From an uncultured Gammaproteobacteria bacterium (GTDB lineage Bacteria; Pseudomonadota; Gammaproteobacteria; Steroidobacterales; Rariloculaceae), in the NCBI GenBank assembly GCA_964384125.1, contig CAYLKA010000002.1, forward strand, positions 657-64,656: a stretch of 64,000 nucleotides of DNA. The letters are read 5' to 3'. The notes under the pieces are model-generated. The model saw only the letters and a program-made list of their open reading frames with translations, was not told where the DNA came from and made no database searches. The translations under genes and the position numbers were made by a program. Shown one piece after another: positions 18,845 to 28,256 of the stretch (positions are counted from its first letter, which is position 1; the number at the start of each line of letters is the position of its first letter).

Positions 18845-19129
18845 CGCCCCCCCTTGTTGCATTCGTGTTGTCTCCGGTTAGAACGAAGACTATCCGCCCA
18901 GCCGCTTTTGGCTTGCGGTGACTGCCCGGGCTCAATCAAGGATTCCGTCGGGACAACACTATCATATCTCCGATTAGTTTCCGGCCTAGGTTCTCCGCGC
19001 CTCCGGATGAGGTTGGGTGTGCGTTGCAGTTCTGCGCTGTAGCCAGTAGATTTTCGTTTCAACCGCAGGGGGATTGATTAACGATGACCTCTCATCGGAT
19101 ACCGCGAACGAAAATGGCGTTCCTTTTGC

Positions 19130-19972
19130 TCAATTGATGTCGTCGCGTTGACCGCTGAGGGCTTTAAAACGGGAGAAATGTCGAAGGGCGGCCTGTCGAT
19201 CGCCCTGGTGCTCATACAGGCGTGCCAGATTGTAGTGCACGTCTGGGAGTGTTGGATCGACATTTAGTGTGTGCCGGTACGTGTCCATGGCTTCCTGGAT
19301 TGCGCCCTGATCCTCAAGTACGACACCAAGATTAAATGCCGCAATCGGATTTGCAGGGTCGATCTGAAGGGCCTCTCGATAAAACTTTTCCGCTTTGCCG
19401 TACTGACGCTCGTTGTGCAGGAGTCGACCGAGGTTGATGCGGGCATTGACGTGGTTAGAGTCCAAAGACAGCACTTCACGATACGCTGCCTCCGCATCTT
19501 CTTTCGCGCTAACCTGGTCGAAATCCAGCGCGAGCTCAAACCACTCTTCGCCGCTAGTTGCCTGCTCCCGGGCCGATGGCGCCGCGGCCTTTACCAACGG
19601 CGCTACCTTTTCTGCGAGCTCCTCCACCTCGAAGTTGAGGATGTTTTGCCCAGACTCCGGCTCCCAGGCGGTATTTCGTTCCCGGACTAGCACGCGGTCT
19701 CCTTCCGCGAGTACTCGGACCGAGCTCAAGGGTCGCCCCGTTGGTAACTGATCTCGAACCGCCCTCAATGCCCTCCAGACTCTGTGCGACCCGAGCTCAG
19801 CTTCGACGAGCGCATTGGCTGTTCGTAGCAAGACCAGGTCTTGAAACGAGAACCGATAATGACCGCGCGCGTTTCGCTCCGGTGTGACAAACTTCTGTCG
19901 TGCGAAGGATCGGACCCGCTCGGGTGCGATCCCGAGCAGCTCAGCGACTTCTCGGGTGGTGTATGCCCGCAT
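19130..19972 (-). CDS. MerR-type HTH domain fused to TPR repeats (putative regulator)
   Basis: N-terminus YTTREVAELLGIAPERVRSFARQKFVTPERNARGHYRFSFQDLVLLR is a MerR/excisionase-like HTH. The C-terminal half has about 4 TPR units (AEAAYREVLSLDSNHVNARINLG..., AEKFYREALQIDPANP..., AMDTYRHTLNVDPTLP...). Confidence 0.7.
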   Translation of the reverse strand: MRAYTTREVAELLGIAPERVRSFARQKFVTPERNARGHYRFSFQDLVLLRTANALVEAELGSHRVWRALRAVRDQLPTGRPLSSVRVLAEGDRVLVRERNTAWEPESGQNILNFEVEELAEKVAPLVKAAAPSAREQATSGEEWFELALDFDQVSAKEDAEAAYREVLSLDSNHVNARINLGRLLHNERQYGKAEKFYREALQIDPANPIAAFNLGVVLEDQGAIQEAMDTYRHTLNVDPTLPDVHYNLARLYEHQGDRQAALRHFSRFKALSGQRDDIN

Positions 19973-20303
19973 TGATATCTTGATTTGGCAGCGCGCTTCC
20001 CAAGGCAGGCTTGGGTTCTTCCGATTTGGGTTGGGTGTGCTAGCTGAAGTTTAACGGTTATCTTCTGCTAGCGCACAAGCTCTGGGGATGGGCCCCGATC
20101 TATTCTCGGGTCAGGCAAGACCTCACGTTAGCCTTTTCCGAAATCGCCGGCATCATCGACACCGATTGATGCCCTGAGCGTTCGCGGTGGAGGCTATGCT
20201 TCGCGGTACGAACCGTCATCATCTTAGAGCCTTCGCCACGAGCTAGTCTGCCCGCTTTTGTCCACGGTATAGTCAGTGCTCATCACATATGGAGTGAACG
20301 ACT

Positions 20304-21932
20304 GTGCATGGCAAGATGATGGCGGTACCGTTGACTATTACGGAGATCATGCGTTTCGCCGATAGGTTGTATCCGGACACCGAGGTTATTTCCGTAACGA
20401 TGGACGAAGGGGTGCATCGAAGTACGTACGGAGAGGTTTTCGATAGGGCGAATCGTGTTGCGCACGCACTTTCCAATCTGGGTGTCGAGTCAGGTGACCG
20501 AGTCGCTACCTTGGCATGGAACGATCACCGGCACCTAGAGCTCTACTACGGTGTTTCCTGCTCCGGTGCCGTCATCCATACGGTTAACCCCCGGCTGTTC
20601 CCAGAACAGCTGGTCTACATCATGAATCATGCGGAAGATCGCGTAGTATTTCTTGATCCTATGTTTATTCCGCTGGTAGAGGGTTTAGCCGATCGGTTGT
20701 CCTCCGTAACCGCTTACGTTGCTCTCACCTCCAGGGGTGCGATGCCTGAAAGCGAGCTATCGAATCTCTATTGCTATGAGGACCTGGTGGGTCAAGAGAG
20801 CTCGGCTTATCCGTGGCCGGATCTTGAGGAGAAGACCTCCAGCGCGCTGTGTTACACATCCGGGACAACAGGTGATCCCAAGGGTGTGCTATACGATCAC
20901 CGTTCGACCGTCCTGCATGCTTATGGCAGCTGTATGCCGAACGTGCTGAGCCTGTCTCACAATGATGTAGTTCTTCCCGTGGTACCGATGTTTCACGTGA
21001 ACGCTTGGGGTATTCCGTATGCGTGCCCAATCGCCGGCGCCAAGCTGGTGTTGCCGGGACCTAAGATGGCGGATGGTGAGGCATTGCAGTCTCTGATCGC
21101 AGGTGAAGGCGTCACCCTTGCACTGGGGGTGCCCACAGTGTGGATTGCGTTGTTAGCGTATCTCAGGGAAACCGGGAAAACCGTCGAGACCTTGAATCGG
21201 ACCGTCGTCGGTGGTTCTGCTTGTCCTCTGTCCATCATGCAGGAATTCGAGGAGCGACATGGTGTCTACACCCACCATGCATGGGGAATGACGGAAGTGA
21301 GTCCTCTGGGTACTGTGAACCGGCTGCTTCCTGGAATGGAGGACCTCGATTCGGCGGAGCTCAATAAGGTTCGGGAGAAGCAGGGACGAACGCCCTTTGG
21401 GGTGGACATGAAGATTTGTGATGATGATGGAAACGACCTACCGAGAGACGGAAAAGCGTTTGGCGACTTGAAGGTCCGCGGGTGGTGGGTGGCTGACGGT
21501 TACTTTGGGGAGGACGATAACACCGACACGCACGATGAGGACGGCTGGTTCTCAACCGGCGATGTGGCAACGATCGATCAGGACGGCTACCTGAGCATTA
21601 CGGACCGAACGAAGGACGTAATTAAATCCGGAGGCGAGTGGATTAGCTCGATCGAACTGGAGAATCTCGCGGTAGCGCATCCGGACGTGGAGGAGGCCGC
21701 AGTAGTGGGTATCAAGGATACGAAATGGGGAGAGCGCCCGTTACTTCTCGTCGTCCCAGCTGAGGGTTGCACACCAGACGAAGCCAGCGTTCTTGCCTCA
21801 TTTAAAGGGAAGGTTGCGGACTGGTGGATTCCCGACTCGATGACTTTAGTTGATGAGATTCCGCATACCGCTACCGGGAAGATTTCAAAGAAGACACTAC
21901 GCGAGCAGTTTGCGGATCGAGCTTTCGGCTAG
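20304..21932 (+). CDS. AMP-dependent acyl-CoA synthetase (medium/long-chain fatty acid-CoA ligase type)
   Basis: AMP-binding motif YTSGTTGDPKGV, plus GEW..TGD and a terminal ...TATGKISKK. The GTG start at 20304 has GGAG 9 nt upstream. Confidence 0.85.
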   Translation: MHGKMMAVPLTITEIMRFADRLYPDTEVISVTMDEGVHRSTYGEVFDRANRVAHALSNLGVESGDRVATLAWNDHRHLELYYGVSCSGAVIHTVNPRLFPEQLVYIMNHAEDRVVFLDPMFIPLVEGLADRLSSVTAYVALTSRGAMPESELSNLYCYEDLVGQESSAYPWPDLEEKTSSALCYTSGTTGDPKGVLYDHRSTVLHAYGSCMPNVLSLSHNDVVLPVVPMFHVNAWGIPYACPIAGAKLVLPGPKMADGEALQSLIAGEGVTLALGVPTVWIALLAYLRETGKTVETLNRTVVGGSACPLSIMQEFEERHGVYTHHAWGMTEVSPLGTVNRLLPGMEDLDSAELNKVREKQGRTPFGVDMKICDDDGNDLPRDGKAFGDLKVRGWWVADGYFGEDDNTDTHDEDGWFSTGDVATIDQDGYLSITDRTKDVIKSGGEWISSIELENLAVAHPDVEEAAVVGIKDTKWGERPLLLVVPAEGCTPDEASVLASFKGKVADWWIPDSMTLVDEIPHTATGKISKKTLREQFADRAFG

Positions 21933-22837
21933 TGAGAGCGATTGATGATGTAGTCCGATATCCACCTTAGGCCTTCCGCGTGTGCTCCCAGCGACTCCAG
22001 TGTGCCCATCGCATTTTCATAGATGGCGTTTGCACGGTTGCGGGCTCCTGCCAAACCCAATATTGCAGGGTAGGTGGATTTCCCCTTGCTCTCATCGGAT
22101 CGGGAATTCTTGCCGAGCGTGGTTGTGCCCTGTTCAACTTCGAGTACGTCGTCCATGATTTGAAAGACAAGGCCGATATCGCTGGCGAACTCGTCGAGCT
22201 GTTTCTGAGCATCTGCGGAGAGGTTCGCCAGCTCAGCCGGCATCATGGTCGACGCTCGTATTAGCGCGCCGGTCTTGCGCCGATGAATGTCCTCTAATTC
22301 GGCTTCGCCTATAGCACGGCCCTCTGCCCTTAAATCCAGCAACTGACCGCCGACCATTCCAGCCGGACCGGCGGCGTTGGTTAACCAGCAAACGATTTTA
22401 ATCTGATCGAGGGGTTGTTCGGATAAAAGCGAGTCGTTACATAGAGCCTCGAACGCGAGGGCTTGCAATGCGTCCCCTGCAAGGATCGCGGTCGCTTCGT
22501 TGAATTGCCGATGAGTCGTGGGCCGGCCACGCCGAAGATCATCGTCGTCCATTGCCGGAAGATCGTCATGTATTAGTGAGTACGCATGCACTAACTCCAC
22601 CGCCGCCGCAATCGAGTCCACTCGCTTCGCGTCGATCTCGAGCAACTCTCCGGTGGCGTAGCTTAGAAGAGGTCGGATTCTCTTACCGGAGCCGAGTACG
22701 GCGTATTGCATCGCGAGGGATAGGTCTTCGGGTACACTCTTGTCGATCGCTAGCGTGTTGTGCAATCGTGTGTTGACTCGGTGTCGGTAGAGCTCTAGGC
22801 GCTCCCGAAAGGTCTCTTTTGGGGCCCGTGTTATCAT
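21929..22837 (-). CDS. ispA: (2E,6E)-farnesyl diphosphate synthase
   Basis: AVELVHAYSLIHDDLPAMDDDDLRRGRPT is nearly identical to the E. coli IspA first Asp-rich motif region, with Tyr at -5, which marks an FPP-length product. The second motif is FQIMDDVLE. Confidence 0.85.
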   Translation of the reverse strand: MITRAPKETFRERLELYRHRVNTRLHNTLAIDKSVPEDLSLAMQYAVLGSGKRIRPLLSYATGELLEIDAKRVDSIAAAVELVHAYSLIHDDLPAMDDDDLRRGRPTTHRQFNEATAILAGDALQALAFEALCNDSLLSEQPLDQIKIVCWLTNAAGPAGMVGGQLLDLRAEGRAIGEAELEDIHRRKTGALIRASTMMPAELANLSADAQKQLDEFASDIGLVFQIMDDVLEVEQGTTTLGKNSRSDESKGKSTYPAILGLAGARNRANAIYENAMGTLESLGAHAEGLRWISDYIINRSH

Positions 22838-22908
22838 ATTTATTCATCGTAACACCGAACCGGCGCACCCGGCCTCTAGTATCTGTGAAGTCCGAACCGA
22901 GCCGATCG

Positions 22909-23952
22909 ATGAGCTCTTATCAAGGTGATCTGCAGTACCAGGCCTACATCCTTCCGGGGGTCTCTCGCACTTTTGCGCTAACAATTCCGGTATTGCCTGG
23001 TCGTCTAGCTGAGGTCGTGGCTAACGCCTATCTTCTGTGCCGTCTTGCTGACACCATTGAAGATGATGTTGGCCTAGAAAATGAGCAGAAGTCTGAGTTT
23101 CATCGCCGCTTCGTTTCGGTCGTGAAAGGCAGCGAAGACGCAGACGCGTTCGCCACAGCTCTTTTTCCGTTGCTCTCATCGCACGTTCTGCCCCACGAGC
23201 GTGATCTTGTGGAAAATGCCGACAAGATCATTCGTGTCACACATGGCTTCTCGGCTACGGAGAAGGAGGCATTGACTCGTTGCGTCACGATCATGTGCTC
23301 CGGTATGCCGGAGTTTCAGCGTAACAAGAGTCTTAAGGGCCTTAGAGACCTCGACGATATGAGCGCTTACTGTTATGTGGTGGCGGGCGTCGTTGGGGAA
23401 ATGCTGACGGAGTTGTTTTGCGTTCATTGCCCGGAGCTTCGAGTGAAGCGTGACGAGATGATGCGACTTGCCGTCTCGTTTGGTCAGGGCCTGCAGATGA
23501 CCAATATACTCAAAGATGTTTGGGAAGATCGGCAGGCCGACACATGTTGGCTACCTCGCTCCGTTTTTCTGGGCGGCGAATTCGAGCTGGAACGATTGGA
23601 GGAGCTTCATAACACCGAGGCCTTTCGCGCTGGTATGGCGGAATTAGTCTCGGTCGCGTACTACCATCTGCGACGAGCGTTCGAGTACACGTGTAATGTT
23701 CCGACCAATGAAGTAGGTATCCGCCGGTTCTGCATATGGGCTCTCGGGTTCGCGGTGTTCACGTTACGAAAGATTCACGCCAATCCGGGATTCACGTCCG
23801 GAGAACAGGTCAAGGTGTCTCGAAAGACGGTTAGGGCGACAGTTCTAACCACGAACCTTGCGCTCCGGAGCAATCGTGGCCTACGTCTGCTATTCGAGTT
23901 CGCTGCGAGCGGTTTACCGTTGGCAAATGCAGAAGCTCGTAGATACCTCTAG
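22909..23952 (+). CDS. sqs: Squalene synthase (farnesyl-diphosphate farnesyltransferase, SQS type)
   Basis: Motifs LPGVSRTFALTIPVLP, LCRLADTIEDD, YCYVVAGVVGEMLTELF and GQGLQMTNILKDVWED parallel the conserved SQS domains of eukaryotic-type squalene synthases, rather than CrtB/CrtM or HpnC/HpnD. Start set at ATG 22909 (MSSYQGD). Confidence 0.75.
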   Translation: MSSYQGDLQYQAYILPGVSRTFALTIPVLPGRLAEVVANAYLLCRLADTIEDDVGLENEQKSEFHRRFVSVVKGSEDADAFATALFPLLSSHVLPHERDLVENADKIIRVTHGFSATEKEALTRCVTIMCSGMPEFQRNKSLKGLRDLDDMSAYCYVVAGVVGEMLTELFCVHCPELRVKRDEMMRLAVSFGQGLQMTNILKDVWEDRQADTCWLPRSVFLGGEFELERLEELHNTEAFRAGMAELVSVAYYHLRRAFEYTCNVPTNEVGIRRFCIWALGFAVFTLRKIHANPGFTSGEQVKVSRKTVRATVLTTNLALRSNRGLRLLFEFAASGLPLANAEARRYL

Positions 23953-23972
23953 CTTGCTAGAGTGTGTTCGGA

Positions 23973-24944
23973 ATGAAGGCAACAGTCAGAGCTCGGGCGA
24001 ACATCGCTCTTATCAAGTACTGGGGTAAGGCGGACGTCGCACTGAACGTGCCGGCCGTGGGGTCGCTTTCAATCACCCTGGATTCGTTGTGGTCGGAGAC
24101 AGAGGTGGAGTTTGACACCGGTTTGTCTTCCGACATGTTTTCATTGAACGGCCAAGTTCGTCGGGAGCGAAACGGGCGGGTGACTGAGTGCCTCAACTTG
24201 TTACGATCGCATGCCGGCGTCGAGTCCTTTGCAAAGGTCCTCAGCCGAAACAATTTTCCGACGAGCGCCGGTCTGGCGTCGTCCGCCTCAGGGTTTGCGG
24301 CCCTCACCGCAGCGGCCGCTCACGCGTTGGACTTGGATCTCACGCCGCGGGATCTCAGCATCATCGCTCGGCAGGGCTCCGGGTCGGCGGCACGATCGAT
24401 CTTCGGCGGATTCGTCGAGATGCATGCAGGCTCGATGGCAGACGGGTCGGACAGCTTCGCCGAACCGCTTCTTGATGCAGAGGCCTGGCCCTTGGAGGTT
24501 GTGATAGCCATCACCGAGCGTGGCGAGAAAGCAGTAAGCTCTCGTGCAGGTATGGAGCAATCGGCGGCGAGTTCGCCGTATTACTCGGATTGGGTGGCCA
24601 GCAGTGCTCAAGATCTGGCATGTGCTCAGCAGGCCGTGCTGAACAAAGATTTTGAGACGTTGGCTCGTGTCGCTGAGCACAACTGCCTAAAGATGCATGC
24701 GGCGGCAATGGCCGCACAACCTTCCTTGATCTACTGGAACGCAGCGACGGTCGCCAGCCTACACGCAGTGCGCGCACTCCGGGCTTCGGGTGTCGCGGTG
24801 TTCTTCACGATCGATGCCGGCCCTCAGCTCAAGGCTGTGTGCGCGCCCGGTGCCAGCGGCCACGTGGAAGCGGTCCTGCGCGCAGTTCCAGGTGTCTTGG
24901 ATACATTGGTGAGCGGTTTGGGGCCGGGTGTCGAGGCGGTCTAG
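23973..24944 (+). CDS. mvaD: Diphosphomevalonate decarboxylase
   Basis: MKATVRARANIALIKYWGK..., and the GHMP motif NNFPTSAGLASSASGFAAL. An alternative GTG start lies at 23964. Confidence 0.9.
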   Translation: MKATVRARANIALIKYWGKADVALNVPAVGSLSITLDSLWSETEVEFDTGLSSDMFSLNGQVRRERNGRVTECLNLLRSHAGVESFAKVLSRNNFPTSAGLASSASGFAALTAAAAHALDLDLTPRDLSIIARQGSGSAARSIFGGFVEMHAGSMADGSDSFAEPLLDAEAWPLEVVIAITERGEKAVSSRAGMEQSAASSPYYSDWVASSAQDLACAQQAVLNKDFETLARVAEHNCLKMHAAAMAAQPSLIYWNAATVASLHAVRALRASGVAVFFTIDAGPQLKAVCAPGASGHVEAVLRAVPGVLDTLVSGLGPGVEAV

Positions 24945-24966
24945 CCGATCGGTGTCCCGATGCGAT

Positions 24967-25983
24967 ATGCAGGCTAACGAAAGCACCATCCGAGTCGTCT
25001 CTAGGGCGCCGGGAAAGCTGGTAGTGCTTGGAGAGTATGCCGTCCTCAACGGCGCACCTGCCTTAGTTCTTGCAGTCGATCGGTACTGCTGCGCGACAAT
25101 CGGCCCGAGCGAAGATGGGTCTTGCCATTTTGTTTCCATGACCAACACGGAAGAAGCTATCGATTTCTCCGCCGACATGCGGAGCGGCTTTGCGGTCGTT
25201 GACGAGGTCCTTCAAAGCCTCCCGAATGCCGGTATTTGGCAGGGTATGTTGGATTCCCGTGAACTGTTCGCGGCTACTATGAAGCTAGGTCTGGGGTCGA
25301 GCGCTGCCGCCTTGACTGCTTGGGCGGGTGCCTGGGCCGTCTTTTCAGGTCGGGAGCGCTTGGGGGCGGACTCCCGAACACTCGAGATGCTCATAGGCTT
25401 ACACCAGGCGATCCAATCTGGTGCAGGCAGCGGCGTTGATGTAGCGGCAAGCTTGTTTGGTGGCGTCATACGTTTTCAGTTAAATGAGAATTCTCTTCCC
25501 GAGGTGAGTACAGTCCAGCTACCTAAGGGTGTAGGATTCGCGGGTATTTTTGCCCGATCTGCGGCCTCCACACCGGATTTCCTGGCCCGCTACGAAGCCT
25601 GGTGTGCAGCGAAGACTGAAGAGGCTATGGCGCTGCAGGCAGTGTTGGCGGAGATCGCACAGAACGGCATCTGTGCGGCGTCCGAGGACGATGCCCAGGG
25701 ATTTTTGGAGGCGATTACCGAATACGGCCGCTGTCTCGAATACCTCGGTGTCTGTATTGGGGCCCACATCGTAACGCCCAAGCACCGTGAGCTGATGAAG
25801 ACAGCCGAACGCTTGGGTATCGCGTATAAAGTGAGTGGTGCAGGGGGCGGTGATTTTGGACTCGCGTTTAGCGCGGACGCAGCAGCACTCGATTCGTTCA
25901 AGAGAGCTGTTGACGCTGAATGCGATGTTTTCGAGTTTGGAATCGACCCGAGTGGGCTGATTGTGGAGACAGCTTCAGAGTGA
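24967..25983 (+). CDS. Phosphomevalonate kinase (GHMP family)
   Basis: APGKLVVLGEYAVLNGAPAL, the GHMP motif LGLGSSAAALTA and a late SGAGGGDFG. It sits between the decarboxylase and the reductase/kinase genes. Start set at ATG 24967. Confidence 0.8.
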   Translation: MQANESTIRVVSRAPGKLVVLGEYAVLNGAPALVLAVDRYCCATIGPSEDGSCHFVSMTNTEEAIDFSADMRSGFAVVDEVLQSLPNAGIWQGMLDSRELFAATMKLGLGSSAAALTAWAGAWAVFSGRERLGADSRTLEMLIGLHQAIQSGAGSGVDVAASLFGGVIRFQLNENSLPEVSTVQLPKGVGFAGIFARSAASTPDFLARYEAWCAAKTEEAMALQAVLAEIAQNGICAASEDDAQGFLEAITEYGRCLEYLGVCIGAHIVTPKHRELMKTAERLGIAYKVSGAGGGDFGLAFSADAAALDSFKRAVDAECDVFEFGIDPSGLIVETASE

Positions 25984-28256
25984 GTGACGACCGACGAAGA
26001 ATTCCAGAGTTCTACAAACTCAGCGTAGAGGAGCGTCTTCGCGCGGTGCGCGAGCGAGGCTTGGTGACCGGAAGCGACTTCCGGGCGCTCGCCACGGGCA
26101 GGCATACCCTCGATCTCGAGTCCGCCGACAAGATGGTCGAGAACGTTGTCGGGGTCATGGGGCTGCCGCTCGGATTGGGCATGAATCTGGTCGTCAAAGG
26201 TCGCCGCTACCTGGTGCCGATGGCGGTGGAGGAGCCGTCGGTGATTGCGGCGTTGGGTTCCGCATCCAAGCTAATAGCCGAGCATGGCGGTTTCGAGGCG
26301 GATGCGACCGATCCCATATTGATTGGGCAGATACAGGTCCTTGATCTTCCGGACATGGAGGCGGCGAAGGCGGCGCTGGTCGAACGGAAGCAAGACATAA
26401 TGAATCTGGCCAACAGCTTCCATCCCAACATGGTCGCACGCGGTGGGGGTGCGAGAGATATCGAGCTATTCGTTCATCCACTGCCCTCCAGCGGGAAACC
26501 CATGCTAGTGGTTCACCTGCTTGTCGATACCCGTGATGCCATGGGGGCCAATCTCACGAACGGGATGTGCGAGGGTGTGGCGCCGCTGATCGAGTCGATT
26601 ACCGGGGGGAAAGTTTTCCTTCGCATCGTTTCCAATCTGAGCGATCGATCTCTCGCCAGGGCACAGTGCAGAATTCCTGCAGAAGCTCTGGGCGGCGCGG
26701 ATTATTCGGGAGAGCAGGTCCGCGACGGTATCATCGTCGCGGCGGACTTCGCGCATGTGGACCCGTACCGTGCGGCCACTCACAACAAAGGAATCATGAA
26801 CGGTATCGATCCCGTTGCCATAGCGACCGGTAACGATTGGCGCGCGATTGAAGCTGGAGCGCACGCATACGCGGCTCGTGGTGGGCGCTACACGTCGTTG
26901 ACGAATTGGTGGGCTGATGAGCAGGGGGATCTCTGCGGCAGCATCGAGCTACCCATTAAGGTCGGCACGGTAGGGGCGCCGCTGAAGTCCAATCCCACGG
27001 TCGAACTGAACATGCGCTTGCTGGGTGTCGAATCCGCAACGGAGCTGGCAGAAGTTATGGCGGCGGTAGGCCTCGCGCAGAACTTCGCGGCGATCCGAGC
27101 CTTGGCGACGGAAGGAATCCAGAAAGGACACATGACGTTGCATGCGCGTAGTGTGGTGACTGCCGCGGGAGTACCAAAGGATTTGTTCGATGAGGTTTTA
27201 GATGCCTTGATACTCAGCAACGAGATCAAGGTTTGGAAGGCTCAGGAAATCGCAGCCGCCTTACAGAAGGAGCGTGCTAGAGAGAACGGGCAACCCACTC
27301 GGAGTCGAACGGAAGAATCCGCTATGGGTGTGGGGTACGGGAAGGTTGTGTTGCTCGGGGAACATGCGGTGGTCTACGGGCGTCACGCTATCGCCGCACC
27401 GGTCCCGATGACAATCAACGCCGTTGTTGAGGATTGCGATGAGGGAATTCACCTGATGATCCCTCGGTGGGGTATCGAGTATCAGCTCGCTGCGAATCCG
27501 AAGGAACGTCACTCGTTCGAACGTCCCGCTGGCGTGATGCTCGATGAGCTTGGTCTCAGCGGTCGCGGTATGCGCATCGAGGTCTTCCCAGACGTGCCTA
27601 GGAGTATGGGCCTGGGCGGTTCGGCCGCGATGGCGGTGGCGATCGTGCGAGCGCTGGACAGTCATTTCAGGTTGGGCTTGTCGGACGAAGAGGTGAACCG
27701 ACTAGCGTTCGAATCGGAAAAGGTCGCACACGGCACGCCCAGCGGCCTTGACAATACGGTTGCCTGTTATGGCCGCCCGTTGGTGTATAGGTCTGGGACC
27801 CCTCCGCTGGTAGAGCCGCTCAACATTGGGAACCCGATCCCGGTCGTGATTGGGATGACTGGTTATGAGGGCTTGACCGCGAAGACTGTTGGCCGTGTCA
27901 GGGAGGCCTGGAAGCAGGAGCAGAGACTCTACGAGCGGATTTTTGATCAGATCGATTCGCTCGTGCTCCGTGGGGTCCAGGCGATACAGGACGACGACCT
28001 CTTGACGCTGGGGGAGCTGATGAACGTCTGCCAGGGCATGCTGAATGCGCTCCAGGTTTCCACGCCAGAGCTAGAGCAGCTCGTAGACATCGCCAGAGAG
28101 AGCGGTGCTTTGGGTGCGAAGTTGACGGGCGGTGGGGGCGGAGGATCGATTATTGCGTTGTGCGATGGTGATACGGAGCCGGTCGTTGCTGCCATTCGGG
28201 CCGCGGGTTATCAGGCTATTCCAGTCAGTCTGGGGGCGGGTTTTAATGGCGCGTAG
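25980..28256 (+). CDS. Bifunctional class II HMG-CoA reductase / mevalonate kinase (single reading frame)
   Basis: The N-terminal roughly 430 aa are collinear with Pseudomonas mevalonii MvaA (VPMAVEEPSVIAA, LVDTRDAMGAN, DPYRAATHNKGIMNGIDPVAIATGNDWRAIEAGAHAYA, ATEGIQKGHMTLHAR). After a linker of about 30 aa comes a full GHMP mevalonate kinase (GKVVLLGEHAVVYG, GLGGSAAMAVA, HGTPSGLDN, KLTGGGGGGS). There is no stop between the domains. The likely GTG start at 25980 overlaps the PMK stop (GTGA). Confidence 0.85.
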   Translation: MSDDRRRIPEFYKLSVEERLRAVRERGLVTGSDFRALATGRHTLDLESADKMVENVVGVMGLPLGLGMNLVVKGRRYLVPMAVEEPSVIAALGSASKLIAEHGGFEADATDPILIGQIQVLDLPDMEAAKAALVERKQDIMNLANSFHPNMVARGGGARDIELFVHPLPSSGKPMLVVHLLVDTRDAMGANLTNGMCEGVAPLIESITGGKVFLRIVSNLSDRSLARAQCRIPAEALGGADYSGEQVRDGIIVAADFAHVDPYRAATHNKGIMNGIDPVAIATGNDWRAIEAGAHAYAARGGRYTSLTNWWADEQGDLCGSIELPIKVGTVGAPLKSNPTVELNMRLLGVESATELAEVMAAVGLAQNFAAIRALATEGIQKGHMTLHARSVVTAAGVPKDLFDEVLDALILSNEIKVWKAQEIAAALQKERARENGQPTRSRTEESAMGVGYGKVVLLGEHAVVYGRHAIAAPVPMTINAVVEDCDEGIHLMIPRWGIEYQLAANPKERHSFERPAGVMLDELGLSGRGMRIEVFPDVPRSMGLGGSAAMAVAIVRALDSHFRLGLSDEEVNRLAFESEKVAHGTPSGLDNTVACYGRPLVYRSGTPPLVEPLNIGNPIPVVIGMTGYEGLTAKTVGRVREAWKQEQRLYERIFDQIDSLVLRGVQAIQDDDLLTLGELMNVCQGMLNALQVSTPELEQLVDIARESGALGAKLTGGGGGGSIIALCDGDTEPVVAAIRAAGYQAIPVSLGAGFNGA

